64,000 nt of DNA from positions 12,019-76,018 of the forward strand of contig DALYDK010000004.1 in the NCBI GenBank assembly GCA_031973215.1. The letters run 5' to 3'. The notes under the pieces were generated by a model. The model was not told where the DNA came from and did not search any database. It saw nothing but the letters and a program-made list of their open reading frames with translations. Origin of the DNA: Candidatus Saccharimonadota bacterium (GTDB lineage: Bacteria > Patescibacteriota > Saccharimonadia > Saccharimonadales > CAIOMD01). Made by a program: the position numbers and the translations under genes. Shown piece by piece: positions 38,293 through 48,826 of this stretch (position 1 is the first letter of the stretch; the number at the start of each line of letters is the position of its first letter).

Positions 38293-39501
38293 TTATGATT
38301 TTAGCGCAGCAAACCTTTGACTTAAAATACCAAGTGAAGCTATTGAGCCAACTACAAACATTGCTTTTAAAATGGATATATCATTTTCAATCATAAGAGA
38401 TGCAATAAATGCACCTCCCCAAAAAAGTAAAAGCCCTAGCATTCTAAAGTTATCAATTAATGTTAAATATACAATTCTATAGCCAGGGACACTATCAGCA
38501 GCATCATAAAGACCTTTCATATATGGCATTTGATAACTTGCCGATACGGGCTCATTAATTAAACTAATAGATATCGCCTGAATCGGCGTTACAACAAAGG
38601 GCCTGAGTAAATGGATGAAGCTATTAATGTAGACACCAACTTTAAAAAGCAATCCACCCCTGTGGTTATCAATTAGCTTGCCTATCAGATATATTGCTAA
38701 TAATGAAGCTGCAGTACCTATCGACACAAGAAGCCCAATTGCTGCATAGGTATTGTTCTGAAATATTACCAAAGCAATAAACAGGGGCCATATAACAATA
38801 CTTACAATATTCTCAATTCCAAAAAAGAAAGCAGATATAAAATCTCTTTTATGTCGACGCCACGGAAATCCTTTGAGAGTAATAGCTTGGTTAGTCTTAA
38901 TTGGCTCAGCTGTTTTAAATAATGGCACAAGCGAAGAAGCTAAAATAACAAGAGCAATTACTATTGTAGCTTTAGGGTTTACGAAACTAGCAACTACACC
39001 CCCCACTAACGGCCCAATAGACGCACCAACCCTTCCGCAAATAGTAATGAACCCAATTTCTTTACCACCATGTTCCGTATGTTTAACCTTGGAAAAATCT
39101 ACCTGCAGAGCTATTCCAAATAGTGCATACGAAAGCGACCCAAGAATACTAAGAAGCGCTAGAGGCCAATTAACAGAATCAATTGTTACCAGTACACCAA
39201 GATAAACCATTTGCACGGCAGTTCCCAGAGCCATACTGTGCTTTGGGCCAAGCGCTGCTATGCTTTTGGCGGCTACATAAGAAAATAACGGCCTAGTGAT
39301 CGCCCAGACTACCATCATTAAAAATATATCAGTTAAGTCATAGCCTAATTTATAAAGATATATAGGAACAAAAATACCTATGACACTCATAGCTAAAGTA
39401 CGAAGAAACTCACTTGCATAAAGCTCGCTCAGCTCGTCAAAACTGACAGTGCGCCAGAAGTGCCTTTTCTTTAGTAATATTTGTATTGCTTTTTTTACCA
39501 T
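38293..39501 (-). CDS. MFS-type transporter
   Basis: About 12 TM helices in a 6+6 arrangement. Confidence 0.65.
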   Translation of the reverse strand: MVKKAIQILLKKRHFWRTVSFDELSELYASEFLRTLAMSVIGIFVPIYLYKLGYDLTDIFLMMVVWAITRPLFSYVAAKSIAALGPKHSMALGTAVQMVYLGVLVTIDSVNWPLALLSILGSLSYALFGIALQVDFSKVKHTEHGGKEIGFITICGRVGASIGPLVGGVVASFVNPKATIVIALVILASSLVPLFKTAEPIKTNQAITLKGFPWRRHKRDFISAFFFGIENIVSIVIWPLFIALVIFQNNTYAAIGLLVSIGTAASLLAIYLIGKLIDNHRGGLLFKVGVYINSFIHLLRPFVVTPIQAISISLINEPVSASYQMPYMKGLYDAADSVPGYRIVYLTLIDNFRMLGLLLFWGGAFIASLMIENDISILKAMFVVGSIASLGILSQRFAALKS

Positions 39502-39556
39502 TTTTATTTTTTAGCTTTGTGTTTATTATATCAGAGAAGTTTTATAAGATAGTACT

Positions 39557-40828
39557 ATGCATATATATTTTTCTGGTATTGGAGGAACGGGTCTTGGGCC
39601 TTTATCGTTGATAGCCAGTCAAGCAGGATTCATTGTTAGTGGTTCCGACAAACAAGAAAGCAAGTACACAGACTATTTAAAATCAAAGAATATTTCTGTA
39701 TATATTGGTCAGGAAGACGATACAAATATTAAGAACGCTCATTCAAAAATGCCGATAGATTGGTTTGTATACTCATCAGCTCTGCCACTCGAGAACCCCA
39801 ACCACCCAGAAATTAAATTTTGCGAAAATAATAATATAAGGGTCTCTAAAAGAGATGAACTGCTGAATTATATTATTGAAGATAAAAAACTTAAATTACT
39901 GGCAATAGCCGGCACGCACGGCAAAACAACAACTACCGCAATGGCAGTCTGGGCCTTCAAACAGCTTGGGCTACCAATTAGTTATTCAATTGGAGCAAAG
40001 ACAAATTTCAGCGAAATGGGAGAATACAACCACCAGTCTGAATATTTTATTTATGAATGTGATGAGTTCGATAGAAATTTCTTATCCTTTAAGCCTTACT
40101 ATTCTCTTGTAACAAATATCGACTGGGACCACCAGGAAATTTATCCCACCAAACAAAACTATGATGTTGCTTTTAATCAATTTATGGATCAATCAGATAA
40201 AGTTATTATTAGAAAAAAAGAGTTAGTCGGTGATATTGTCAGCAAAAATAACATGATAATTATCGACGACAACTATAAAGATGCCTTACTTAGCCTAGCC
40301 GGAGCTCATAATCGTCAAAACGCTTCTTTGGTAGTTAAATTTTTGGAGCTTGAGTTTGGAGATAATGACAGATACACTGAAATTCTTAGCAACTTTCCCG
40401 GTACATCGCGAAGATTTGAAAAAATCAAAGATAATTTATATACAGATTATGCGCATACACCAGAAGAAATTACGGCAACAATTCAGCTAGCCAAAGAACT
40501 ATCTGATAATGTAGTAGTGGTATACGAACCATTAACAAACCGAAGGCAGCATTACTGTAAAGAACACTATTACAATACATTTAATGCCGTTCAAAAGCTT
40601 TATTGGTTACCAAGTTACCTAGCCAGAGAAGACCCTTCCCAGCCAATACTTAGCCCCAATGAACTTATTAAATATATGTCTAATACTAGCGTAGCGGAAG
40701 CCGCCGAGAAAAATGATATTTTACAAAAGCATATTAATGATCATCTAAAATCTGGACACTTAGTGCTACTATTAGCCGGCGGTGGAGGTGGCAGCCTAGA
40801 CGAATGGGCTCGCAAAAACTTTAGCTAA
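39557..40828 (+). CDS. Mur ligase family protein (MurC/Mpl-like UDP-N-acetylmuramate ligase)
   Basis: HIYFSGIGGTG N-terminal Rossmann motif and IAGTHGKTTTT P-loop. Confidence 0.8.
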   Translation: MHIYFSGIGGTGLGPLSLIASQAGFIVSGSDKQESKYTDYLKSKNISVYIGQEDDTNIKNAHSKMPIDWFVYSSALPLENPNHPEIKFCENNNIRVSKRDELLNYIIEDKKLKLLAIAGTHGKTTTTAMAVWAFKQLGLPISYSIGAKTNFSEMGEYNHQSEYFIYECDEFDRNFLSFKPYYSLVTNIDWDHQEIYPTKQNYDVAFNQFMDQSDKVIIRKKELVGDIVSKNNMIIIDDNYKDALLSLAGAHNRQNASLVVKFLELEFGDNDRYTEILSNFPGTSRRFEKIKDNLYTDYAHTPEEITATIQLAKELSDNVVVVYEPLTNRRQHYCKEHYYNTFNAVQKLYWLPSYLAREDPSQPILSPNELIKYMSNTSVAEAAEKNDILQKHINDHLKSGHLVLLLAGGGGGSLDEWARKNFS

Positions 40829-40833
40829 TATAG

Positions 40834-41145
40834 CTAAAGACCAACCGATTGATAATCTATTACAGGCTTAGACAGCTCGTCTTCACTGCCAATTGGTTGA
40901 AGCTGGCTTTTGATTTTATTGTTAAAATCTTCGATATCCTGGCTCTTTACTGGACTGGTGGTATCGTACTTACTAAGATCTGTGGAATTTGCAGCCTTTA
41001 CACCTTTTTGAATTTGCTTAACTGTTGCAAAAGAATCTGAATTAAAAAATATAATAGTCGATACAGCAACTAATGATGCGGCAATAGCAATAACAATCAA
41101 GAGCGCTAAAATCGGATTAAATCCTTGTTGTTTTTCATCAGACAT
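40834..41145 (-). CDS. hypothetical signal-anchored protein (103 aa)
   Basis: Its start codon abuts the upstream gene's stop; one TM helix. Confidence 0.45.
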   Translation of the reverse strand: MSDEKQQGFNPILALLIVIAIAASLVAVSTIIFFNSDSFATVKQIQKGVKAANSTDLSKYDTTSPVKSQDIEDFNNKIKSQLQPIGSEDELSKPVIDYQSVGL

Positions 41146-41714
41146 TATAGAGAAAGCCTTTTCTTCAATGGATTAAAAGTAGTTTCGGGTGCAGTTAGTA
41201 TTAGTATCCTAAGTTGCCTAGATTGTATCAATAAATCATTTTGAAGCTCTTTATATTCCGCCAAACCAGCCTTAAACTGCTCTGGCCTTTGCTGACAATC
41301 AATTATTCTAGTATCGTCAACAACCTCACCCATTTGATCTGCTGTAATAATTATTTGATCTTGTTTTTCTTGAATTTTACCAATTAATAAATCAAGTTCC
41401 GATGCATCAACACCCTGGCGAATCATCCTTAGCTCAAGTGCTTTAATTTCATTTTGTAAATTTGAATATATATCGACTCTTTGTCTAACCTGGAAAGCTG
41501 TTGATAGCTGGTTAGCAGTCATTTGTGCTTGTAATTTTACACAATTAGCAACTACATTGGCTCTATCTTGATCAGTTAATATGATGGAATGCTCTGTAAC
41601 TAACCCGTTAAGCCTTTGCTCTAAATTTTTTTCTTCTTCTGCTAGAACTACGCTTTGAAATGTAATGAATATACTCAAAATAGATGCAAATATAAGTACT
41701 GGAATTTTTATCAC
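41145..41714 (-). CDS. hypothetical secreted coiled-coil protein
   Basis: Signal peptide (IFASILSIFITFQSVVLA) and heptad-rich sequence. Confidence 0.5.
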   Translation of the reverse strand: MIKIPVLIFASILSIFITFQSVVLAEEEKNLEQRLNGLVTEHSIILTDQDRANVVANCVKLQAQMTANQLSTAFQVRQRVDIYSNLQNEIKALELRMIRQGVDASELDLLIGKIQEKQDQIIITADQMGEVVDDTRIIDCQQRPEQFKAGLAEYKELQNDLLIQSRQLRILILTAPETTFNPLKKRLSL

Positions 41715-41737
41715 ATCTAATATTTTAACATGTATTC

Positions 41738-43789
41738 CTATTCTATAGCTTGTGGTTCTTCGGAGTTAATATTTACTATCACCGCATTAGTGTCGGTTAA
41801 ATTAACTGGCTTTACTAGTAAGTAATTTTCATTTATCCAGAACGTGTCAGACAAATTACTCAAAGAAATTTCATCGTAATTTATTCGTTCTGAGCCACTT
41901 TTATTAACTACTAAATATATCCCCTTTGTTTTCTTTTCTAATATTGATAGTTTTGATCCAGAAGGAGAATATTTCTTAATAGTGTTAATCGATATATCCG
42001 TGTTCAGACTACCTACTTCTTCGATATTATAATTATTAAAATTAATTCTTTGCCATTTCTTATCGGAGGTATTAACCGCAAAAATCGAATCAGATATTTC
42101 TTCAATTGCCCATATTTCTTTATTTAAGATAGTTTTAACACCCGAACCATCAGTTTGAACGCTAAATAGTTTAGAGTTTTTGCCGGTCGTAGAATAGTAA
42201 ACAGTACTCTTCCTTATAAAATAGTCTGAGAAATTATCGGATTTAGCTAATTCCGTAGTAGTATCGTTTGAAGTATCAAAGGATATTATTCTCTGTCTTC
42301 CTTCTTGAGCCGCACTAGGACCAGCAACTGTTTTAATAAAAATAATTTTAGGTCCATCCCACCCTATAAGCGAGATTTTTTCGGACTGAGTGCCAGGAAC
42401 TTTTTCGGCAATTTTTTTATCAGGAAGTACTATGAATAAGTCACTAAGTAAATAGCCCTCGGAGTTTGTTTGACCCAAACGAGTAGAAACAAATGCTGCC
42501 ATCTGCTCTTTGCCAGTTGGTTTAGGCAGGATTGACATTGATTCAAGGTTTTCAGAACCAGTACCGCCAAAAATTGTAACTCGATTCTTACCATCAAGAT
42601 CTATTTTTTCTAGGTTATATTTTCCGTCTTTTTCAGTAATAAAATAATTAGGAACCGACGGAACTAGACTTATCTGTGATTTTTTGTCACTTAAAGTTAA
42701 AGTTTGGTTTCTATAATCATCTGATTCTATTTTGATATCCTTTGGAGCATTTTCATCTATAACAATTTCAGCAACACCATTTTTATTAGCAGTAACCCTA
42801 GAATCAGCAGACATAACAGAGACTCCCTCTATTCCCTTTTTTGTCATCCAGTCAGTTATTGTAATACTGTATAAATTGCCAGAAGGATTCAAGCCAAATG
42901 GCGCGCTAATAGGATTACTACCCCATCCAATTGTTACGTTTTGATTGATCTCATCAAAAGATCTTTTTTTAATATTAATAGTAGTAGGCCCTAATTTTAA
43001 TTTTTCGGCTTTAACGCTTCCGCTATCATCACTAATATACTTGTAACCTTGGATATTTATTTCTGCTCCGCTAATAGGAAAGTTTGTCTTTGAGTCCACC
43101 ACCTTAAAACTAATTGAAGATCTAGCTCCTAAATTATTAAGAATTAGGTATCTCGTTTTTGGTACAACAAATAATAATATAAGCGCAGTAACTAAAGTAA
43201 GTAGCAAAATAATGAGTAGTTTTTTCTTAGATATTTTATGATGCTTTTTATGACTGACAGTATTTTTATTTTTTTGACTTTTTGAAGGTGAAGCTTCTCT
43301 TGATTCAATGTCTTCAACGGCCAAAGAAACTTTAGATGAATAAATTGAATCTGTATTGTCTAAATCGGTATCGTGTTCTGTTTTCTCAACTTTTTTTGAC
43401 AGCTCTTCGGCTTCTTCAATAGTAATTGATTTGTCGGCAACAATATCTGGTTCTGCTATATCGTCTTTAGCTTTGTTTGGTTCGTCCTTGGGTGCTTCAT
43501 CTACGGGAACTACTTTTTGCTTTTTTGTTTTAACACTCGGCAAGTCTAATGGTGGCTTGGGGACGTCGGATGAAAGTGGCGTAATCTCTTCGGCCTTATG
43601 TACTTTTTTGCTAGTAACTTCTGGTTCTGAGATATGTTTGATATTTTCTGTCAGCGGATCATTCTTAATATTCTCTGACGATGGCGTAGTTCTAAGCGGT
43701 GGTGGACCCATCAACTCTGTAACCTGAGCTTGAATTTCATCAAAATACTCAGATTCATCTAGTGTTGGTTTATTATTTTTTTTTGGCAT
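41738..43789 (-). CDS. large envelope protein: disordered Lys/Glu/Pro-rich N-terminus, TM helix, beta-sandwich and beta-propeller-like region
   Basis: 683-aa ORF. KKLLIILLLTLVTALILLFVV TM helix; a carboxypeptidase-regulatory-like segment (VVDSKTNFPISGAEINI). Confidence 0.55.
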   Translation of the reverse strand: MPKKNNKPTLDESEYFDEIQAQVTELMGPPPLRTTPSSENIKNDPLTENIKHISEPEVTSKKVHKAEEITPLSSDVPKPPLDLPSVKTKKQKVVPVDEAPKDEPNKAKDDIAEPDIVADKSITIEEAEELSKKVEKTEHDTDLDNTDSIYSSKVSLAVEDIESREASPSKSQKNKNTVSHKKHHKISKKKLLIILLLTLVTALILLFVVPKTRYLILNNLGARSSISFKVVDSKTNFPISGAEINIQGYKYISDDSGSVKAEKLKLGPTTINIKKRSFDEINQNVTIGWGSNPISAPFGLNPSGNLYSITITDWMTKKGIEGVSVMSADSRVTANKNGVAEIVIDENAPKDIKIESDDYRNQTLTLSDKKSQISLVPSVPNYFITEKDGKYNLEKIDLDGKNRVTIFGGTGSENLESMSILPKPTGKEQMAAFVSTRLGQTNSEGYLLSDLFIVLPDKKIAEKVPGTQSEKISLIGWDGPKIIFIKTVAGPSAAQEGRQRIISFDTSNDTTTELAKSDNFSDYFIRKSTVYYSTTGKNSKLFSVQTDGSGVKTILNKEIWAIEEISDSIFAVNTSDKKWQRINFNNYNIEEVGSLNTDISINTIKKYSPSGSKLSILEKKTKGIYLVVNKSGSERINYDEISLSNLSDTFWINENYLLVKPVNLTDTNAVIVNINSEEPQAIE

Positions 43790-43852
43790 AAGCTTATTAA
43801 CTATTCTAACACGAACAGCTAATTATTTTGGCTAGCTAAGAACTAATTTAGA

Positions 43853-45160
43853 CTACGGCGCAAGTCTGTTAATGTCCCTTGGAAACGCCGAAGCCTCTTT
43901 TACGTTATTAAGACCAATTATTTTTTGCACCAGCCGTTCAAGCCCCATCCCAAAGCCTCCATGAGGAGGTAAACCATATTTAAATGCCATTAAATAATAT
44001 TTGAATCCCGGATTATTTACATCGGCACCAATTTTATTAAGCTGCTCAACCAATACTGAGTAATTATTCTCACGCATACTACCCGTTGCGATTTCAACAC
44101 CCCTAAATAACAAGTCGCACCTAATGGCAATATTTTTATCTTCTTCGCTTATTTTATGATAAAACTTTGCCTCTGAAGCAGGCCAATCGGTTATAAAAAT
44201 TGCCTCACAATCAAAATTCTTTTTAGACCATTCACAAATCCATTTCTCTTCTTCGGGTCTTAAGTCTTTTTCGCCGGTAGTGTCAACTCCATTTGCTTTA
44301 GAGAACTTTTCATGAACTTCTTGTAATGTTAGTTTAGGAAATATTTCTTTTAATTTAGGCGGCGTTGCATTCCATCTTTTTAATTCAACTTCATAATTTT
44401 TCCATGCAGCTGTTACGGCATCATTGACAATTTTGCTCATAATTTCCATTAGCTCGTCAAAATTTATAAAACCAGCTTCAGCGTCTATGTGAATAAATTC
44501 AGTCATATGTCGCGTAGTTGCGCTTAGCTCGGCCCTGTAAGTCGGATTAATCTCAAAAGCTCTTTCAAAAACACCAACCATTATTTGCTTATAAAATTGA
44601 GCGCTTTGCGCTAGTGTTGCTTCTTTGCCAAAATAATCTAGCTTAAAGACTTCTGCTCCGCCCTCAGTTGCACCGGGTAATAATTTTGGGCTATTGAACT
44701 CAATAAAATCTTGCGAAATAAGAGATTTTCTTACCTCATCTTTTACTGTACTTTGAATTTTTAAAATGGCAGTTTCTTGAAGATTTCGAAGGCCAATAGG
44801 TCGATACTCAAAAAGTGTATCTAAATTATCTGGTTTATGATCAAGGGGTTTATCTATCTCAACAGGTGGAGCCTCCTCTACTGGTACTATGACTTCAATT
44901 GAAACATCATGAAGCTCGGCTCCTCCTGGCGCCCTTTCATCAGCAACAACATTTCCAGTTGCACAGACAACAGTTCCAATCTGTAAACCTCTAAGCTTCT
45001 CAACTTCTTGCTTGTCTTCGACTAATACCTGAATAAGTCCTTTTCGGTCACGAATATTTATAAAATTTAATCCACCTAGCAGTCTTTTTTTGTGAATCCA
45101 ACCGCATACAGTAACTTTTTTGCCAGCAACAGCGGCAACTTCATTAGATAGTGTTCTCAT
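43853..45160 (-). CDS. aspS: aspartate--tRNA ligase, archaeal/type-2 form
   Basis: Class II aaRS motifs (FRGVEIATGSMRE, GLPPHGGFGMGLERL) and an N-terminal OB fold. Confidence 0.85.
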   Translation of the reverse strand: MRTLSNEVAAVAGKKVTVCGWIHKKRLLGGLNFINIRDRKGLIQVLVEDKQEVEKLRGLQIGTVVCATGNVVADERAPGGAELHDVSIEVIVPVEEAPPVEIDKPLDHKPDNLDTLFEYRPIGLRNLQETAILKIQSTVKDEVRKSLISQDFIEFNSPKLLPGATEGGAEVFKLDYFGKEATLAQSAQFYKQIMVGVFERAFEINPTYRAELSATTRHMTEFIHIDAEAGFINFDELMEIMSKIVNDAVTAAWKNYEVELKRWNATPPKLKEIFPKLTLQEVHEKFSKANGVDTTGEKDLRPEEEKWICEWSKKNFDCEAIFITDWPASEAKFYHKISEEDKNIAIRCDLLFRGVEIATGSMRENNYSVLVEQLNKIGADVNNPGFKYYLMAFKYGLPPHGGFGMGLERLVQKIIGLNNVKEASAFPRDINRLAP

Positions 45161-45180
45161 ATTTGTATAATTATAACAAA

Positions 45181-46221
45181 TTATACATGGCTACCAGAAT
45201 GTGATTTGTGTTTTTGAAGCGCATTCTTTTTTGCAACTGCCCTTAGATCATCATAATGATCATCTTCATCCCTAATTGGATGTCCAATAATTTGCTTAAT
45301 CACATCCTCAATTGACAACACTCCAACCACATCTTCAAACTCATTTACAACTACAAATAAATGATGCTTTGTTCGTATAAATCCGTTTAGTGCATAATCT
45401 AAAGTTTGTTGTTCATTTATAAATTTAACATCGTCGCGCATTACTCTAGCAACCGGCTTGGGCTTCTTAACCCTAACCGCGTCCCTAAGGTACAAAGTAC
45501 CAACAATATTTTGATCGCTACCTTCAAAAACAGGAAACCGAGAATGACCACTATCATGCAGCTCGCCAATAACTACTGGGGTTAATAGCTCTTCTGAATC
45601 TACAAATTTTACGGTATTAAGTGGTGTCATATGATCGGTGACTAATTCTTCACCAAAAAGCAGTGCCCTTTCGGCAATTTTTAGCTCGTGTTTAGTTACT
45701 TCGTCTTTAAATTCGTCCGCATTATGTCTAAGAATTTCCAAAAGCTCATCCTTGCTCTGAATTAACATAAACGGCTCCGGTTGAATCCACCGCCCAACCC
45801 ACTTTTCAAGCCTCCTGAGTATTGGAAAAGATTTTCTAAGTATTATTTCTAGATACGGGCTAACAATGGCAGCCATATGAAGGCTTGGCTTTGGCCGTTT
45901 TGACCAAGGCAAAATAGCATGAAGAACTACAATTAATGGAACATTTATAAGTAAAGCCACCCATGCGCCCCACTCTCCAAAAATATCTTTTATTAATAAA
46001 ATTATAGATGTTGTTAAGAATCCTAAAATGAACCATAAAAACATCCATAGTTGCATTCCATAAGATCTTACTGGATATACTTTTTTGGCATCTTCATTGC
46101 CTTTTCTAGCTTGTCTTTTGAGCTCAGGCACACTCATAAATTCAAAGCTTCTTATCAGGAGTATTCCATAAACTGTCAAGCAAACTAGTATTATAAATAA
46201 AATTATTTCTATTGTTATCAT
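45181..46221 (-). CDS. CNNM/HlyC-CorC family membrane protein (DUF21 plus CBS pair)
   Basis: N-terminal 3-4 TM DUF21 domain followed by a CBS-pair sequence. Confidence 0.8.
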   Translation of the reverse strand: MITIEIILFIILVCLTVYGILLIRSFEFMSVPELKRQARKGNEDAKKVYPVRSYGMQLWMFLWFILGFLTTSIILLIKDIFGEWGAWVALLINVPLIVVLHAILPWSKRPKPSLHMAAIVSPYLEIILRKSFPILRRLEKWVGRWIQPEPFMLIQSKDELLEILRHNADEFKDEVTKHELKIAERALLFGEELVTDHMTPLNTVKFVDSEELLTPVVIGELHDSGHSRFPVFEGSDQNIVGTLYLRDAVRVKKPKPVARVMRDDVKFINEQQTLDYALNGFIRTKHHLFVVVNEFEDVVGVLSIEDVIKQIIGHPIRDEDDHYDDLRAVAKKNALQKHKSHSGSHV

Positions 46222-46303
46222 GGTTATCTTTAAAATATTTTAACTAAAAAAATTAATTTAACCTAATGATGATGATAAAATAAATAGAAGCAGGGAGAAA
46301 CAA

Positions 46304-46942
46304 ATGGATAAAAAATTTTTGATTATTTTAGCAGTGGTTTTAGTAGCTTTATTTGGATTATTCTTTTTGACGGGTAACAAAAAAGATTCGGGAAACAACT
46401 CTGGCACTGAAAGTTCAACTGTAAGTAATCATTCAAAAGGCGGCAATAGTAAAAATGTTGAGTTATTAGTTTATGGCGATTTTCAATGTCCGGTTTGTAG
46501 TGAATTCGCTGTTATAGAAAATGCTATTTATGAAAAATATAAAGATCAAATTAAATTTACCTATCGACACTATCCTCTTGACACAATTCACCCTAACGCT
46601 CGCGCTGCCCACAGAGCGGCTGAAGCTGCAGGAATCCAGGGTAAGTTCTTTGAGATGCATGACCTACTTTATCAGAATCAAAATATTTGGTCAGATTCGG
46701 CAAATCCGAAAACAACGTTTGAATCTTATGCGGAACAATTAGGCCTAGACATAAACAAGTTTAAAGCAGATTACGAAACTCAAGCCGTAAACGCAACAAT
46801 AAATGCAGATAAAAATGAAGGCACTGGCAAGGGCGTACAAGGTACCCCAACCTACTTCATCAATGGTAATAAACTAGATAATAAAAACCTATCTTCAGTA
46901 GATGATTTTAGTAAAGTTATTGAACAGTATATTAATCAGTAA
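46304..46942 (+). CDS. DsbA family thiol:disulfide oxidoreductase (membrane-anchored)
   Basis: YGDFQCPVCSEF CxxC motif and GTPTYFING. Confidence 0.85.
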   Translation: MDKKFLIILAVVLVALFGLFFLTGNKKDSGNNSGTESSTVSNHSKGGNSKNVELLVYGDFQCPVCSEFAVIENAIYEKYKDQIKFTYRHYPLDTIHPNARAAHRAAEAAGIQGKFFEMHDLLYQNQNIWSDSANPKTTFESYAEQLGLDINKFKADYETQAVNATINADKNEGTGKGVQGTPTYFINGNKLDNKNLSSVDDFSKVIEQYINQ

Positions 46943-47149
46943 ATAATAAACTGTTGCCAATCAGGCCTTTTTACCTCAACCTGAAGGTTTTTAGTTCCCG
47001 AAGAAACAGCCCTTATAGGTATATTCATTTTTTCCTCTTTTTTGTCTCTTTTGTTTTTTAAATTGACAATTATAATTCTAAAGCTTAGTCAAATTTGTGT
47101 CAATATTTGTAAAAAATTGTTATTATTAAATAGATAGGAAAAATAAAAA

Positions 47150-48826
47150 ATGCACGGTAATGTTTTCACCGAAATAAGCCTAATTATAGCTATTGGAGCA
47201 GCTATCTCGTTGGTGATGCGCCTAATTAAGCAGCCATTAATAATTGGATATATTATTACCGGCCTGCTTGTGGGACCATCATTTCTAAATCTAATAAAAA
47301 ATAGTGAAACTATAGATGTTTTTGCGAGCATAGGCGTAGCGTTACTGCTATTCATAGTCGGACTGGGGCTTAATCCAAAAGTTATTAAAGAAATTGGTAA
47401 AGTTGCTGGCATCACTGCATTTGCTCAAATTGCTATAACAAGTATATTCGGATATATATTTGGTCAGTTTGTTGGATTTACCAAGACAGAAAGTCTGCTT
47501 CTTGGCCTTGCCCTTAGTTTTAGTAGCACAATTATTGTTCTAAAACTGTTAAGTGATAAAAAAGAACTAACTAGACTTAACGGGAAAATTGCGATCGGTA
47601 TACTGCTTATTGAAGATATTATTGCAACTTTATCATTGATATTCATTTCTGCCAGAGCAGATGGAACATTTTCTGTAAACGCATTGTTATTCTTAGCGGT
47701 TAAAGGAATTTTGCTACTAGCCATATTAATTTTAATAAGTAATTTATTGCTCCAAAAAATGAATAATTTCATAGCCAGCAATCAAGAGCTATTATTCTTG
47801 TTTGCAATAGGCTGGGGTTTTGGCGTGGCTTCTATATTTTTACAAATTGGCTTTTCAATAGAAATTGGAGCACTATTTGCAGGAATATCACTATCTGCCC
47901 TTCCATACGCCCAAGAAGTATCATCTAGACTACGACCGCTTAGAGATTTCTTTATTATTCTGTTCTTTATTTCGCTTGGCAGTGGCCTATCCCTAGCGAG
48001 CGCAGGTGAAAATGTTTTACTAGCAATTATTCTTTCTGTTTTAGTTCTAATTGGTAAGCCTTTAGTTTTTATGATTGTCATGGGCTTAAATGGCTATACG
48101 AAATCTACTAGTTTTAAGGTGTCGAACTACTTATCTCAAATTAGTGAATTCTCGTTGATAATTCTGGTTCTAGGCTTTCAAAATGGTCTTATTAGAGAAT
48201 CGATAATTTCTTTAGTTACAATGGTTGCTCTAATTACTATCGCAGTCTCTACTTACACAATTACTTACAATAATCAAATATATGCATTCTTAGAAAAAAG
48301 ATTATCTCTTTTTGAAAGACGAATAACAAAGAAAGATGAAAAAAGAGCAATTAATTACGATATGATTCTTTTTGGTTATAAAAAGGGTGGTCAAGAGTTT
48401 ATACGAACAATGAAATCAATAAACAAAAAATTCATCGTGGTAGATTACGACCCCGACGTCATTGATACATTAGAACAGCAAAACATTCCATATGCATACG
48501 GTGACGTTTCAGACCCAGAGCTACTAGAAGAACTTAACTTAGGACACGCTAAATCGATTGTTTCGACAATTACAGATTTTAATACCAATGACTTTTTAGC
48601 AAAATGGGTAGATAAAGTTAATCCTTCGGCCGTTTTTATTTGCACTGCTGATTCTGCTCAAGAAGCTTCCGATTTATATCAAAGTGGGGCAGATTATGTA
48701 ATGTTACCCCATTTTGTTGGTAGTGAAAAAATGAGCTCATTTATCAGAAAAAATGGTTTTAGCAAATCTGAATTTTACAAATTCAGAGAAAAGCATCTGC
48801 AATATCTAGAAACACATTATTCTTAA
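47150..48826 (+). CDS. CPA2 (Kef-type) cation:proton antiporter with C-terminal RCK/TrkA-N domain
   Basis: PLIIGYIITGLLVGPS N-terminus, 12-13 TM helices, C-terminal Rossmann domain (MILFGYKKGG). Confidence 0.85.
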   Translation: MHGNVFTEISLIIAIGAAISLVMRLIKQPLIIGYIITGLLVGPSFLNLIKNSETIDVFASIGVALLLFIVGLGLNPKVIKEIGKVAGITAFAQIAITSIFGYIFGQFVGFTKTESLLLGLALSFSSTIIVLKLLSDKKELTRLNGKIAIGILLIEDIIATLSLIFISARADGTFSVNALLFLAVKGILLLAILILISNLLLQKMNNFIASNQELLFLFAIGWGFGVASIFLQIGFSIEIGALFAGISLSALPYAQEVSSRLRPLRDFFIILFFISLGSGLSLASAGENVLLAIILSVLVLIGKPLVFMIVMGLNGYTKSTSFKVSNYLSQISEFSLIILVLGFQNGLIRESIISLVTMVALITIAVSTYTITYNNQIYAFLEKRLSLFERRITKKDEKRAINYDMILFGYKKGGQEFIRTMKSINKKFIVVDYDPDVIDTLEQQNIPYAYGDVSDPELLEELNLGHAKSIVSTITDFNTNDFLAKWVDKVNPSAVFICTADSAQEASDLYQSGADYVMLPHFVGSEKMSSFIRKNGFSKSEFYKFREKHLQYLETHYS

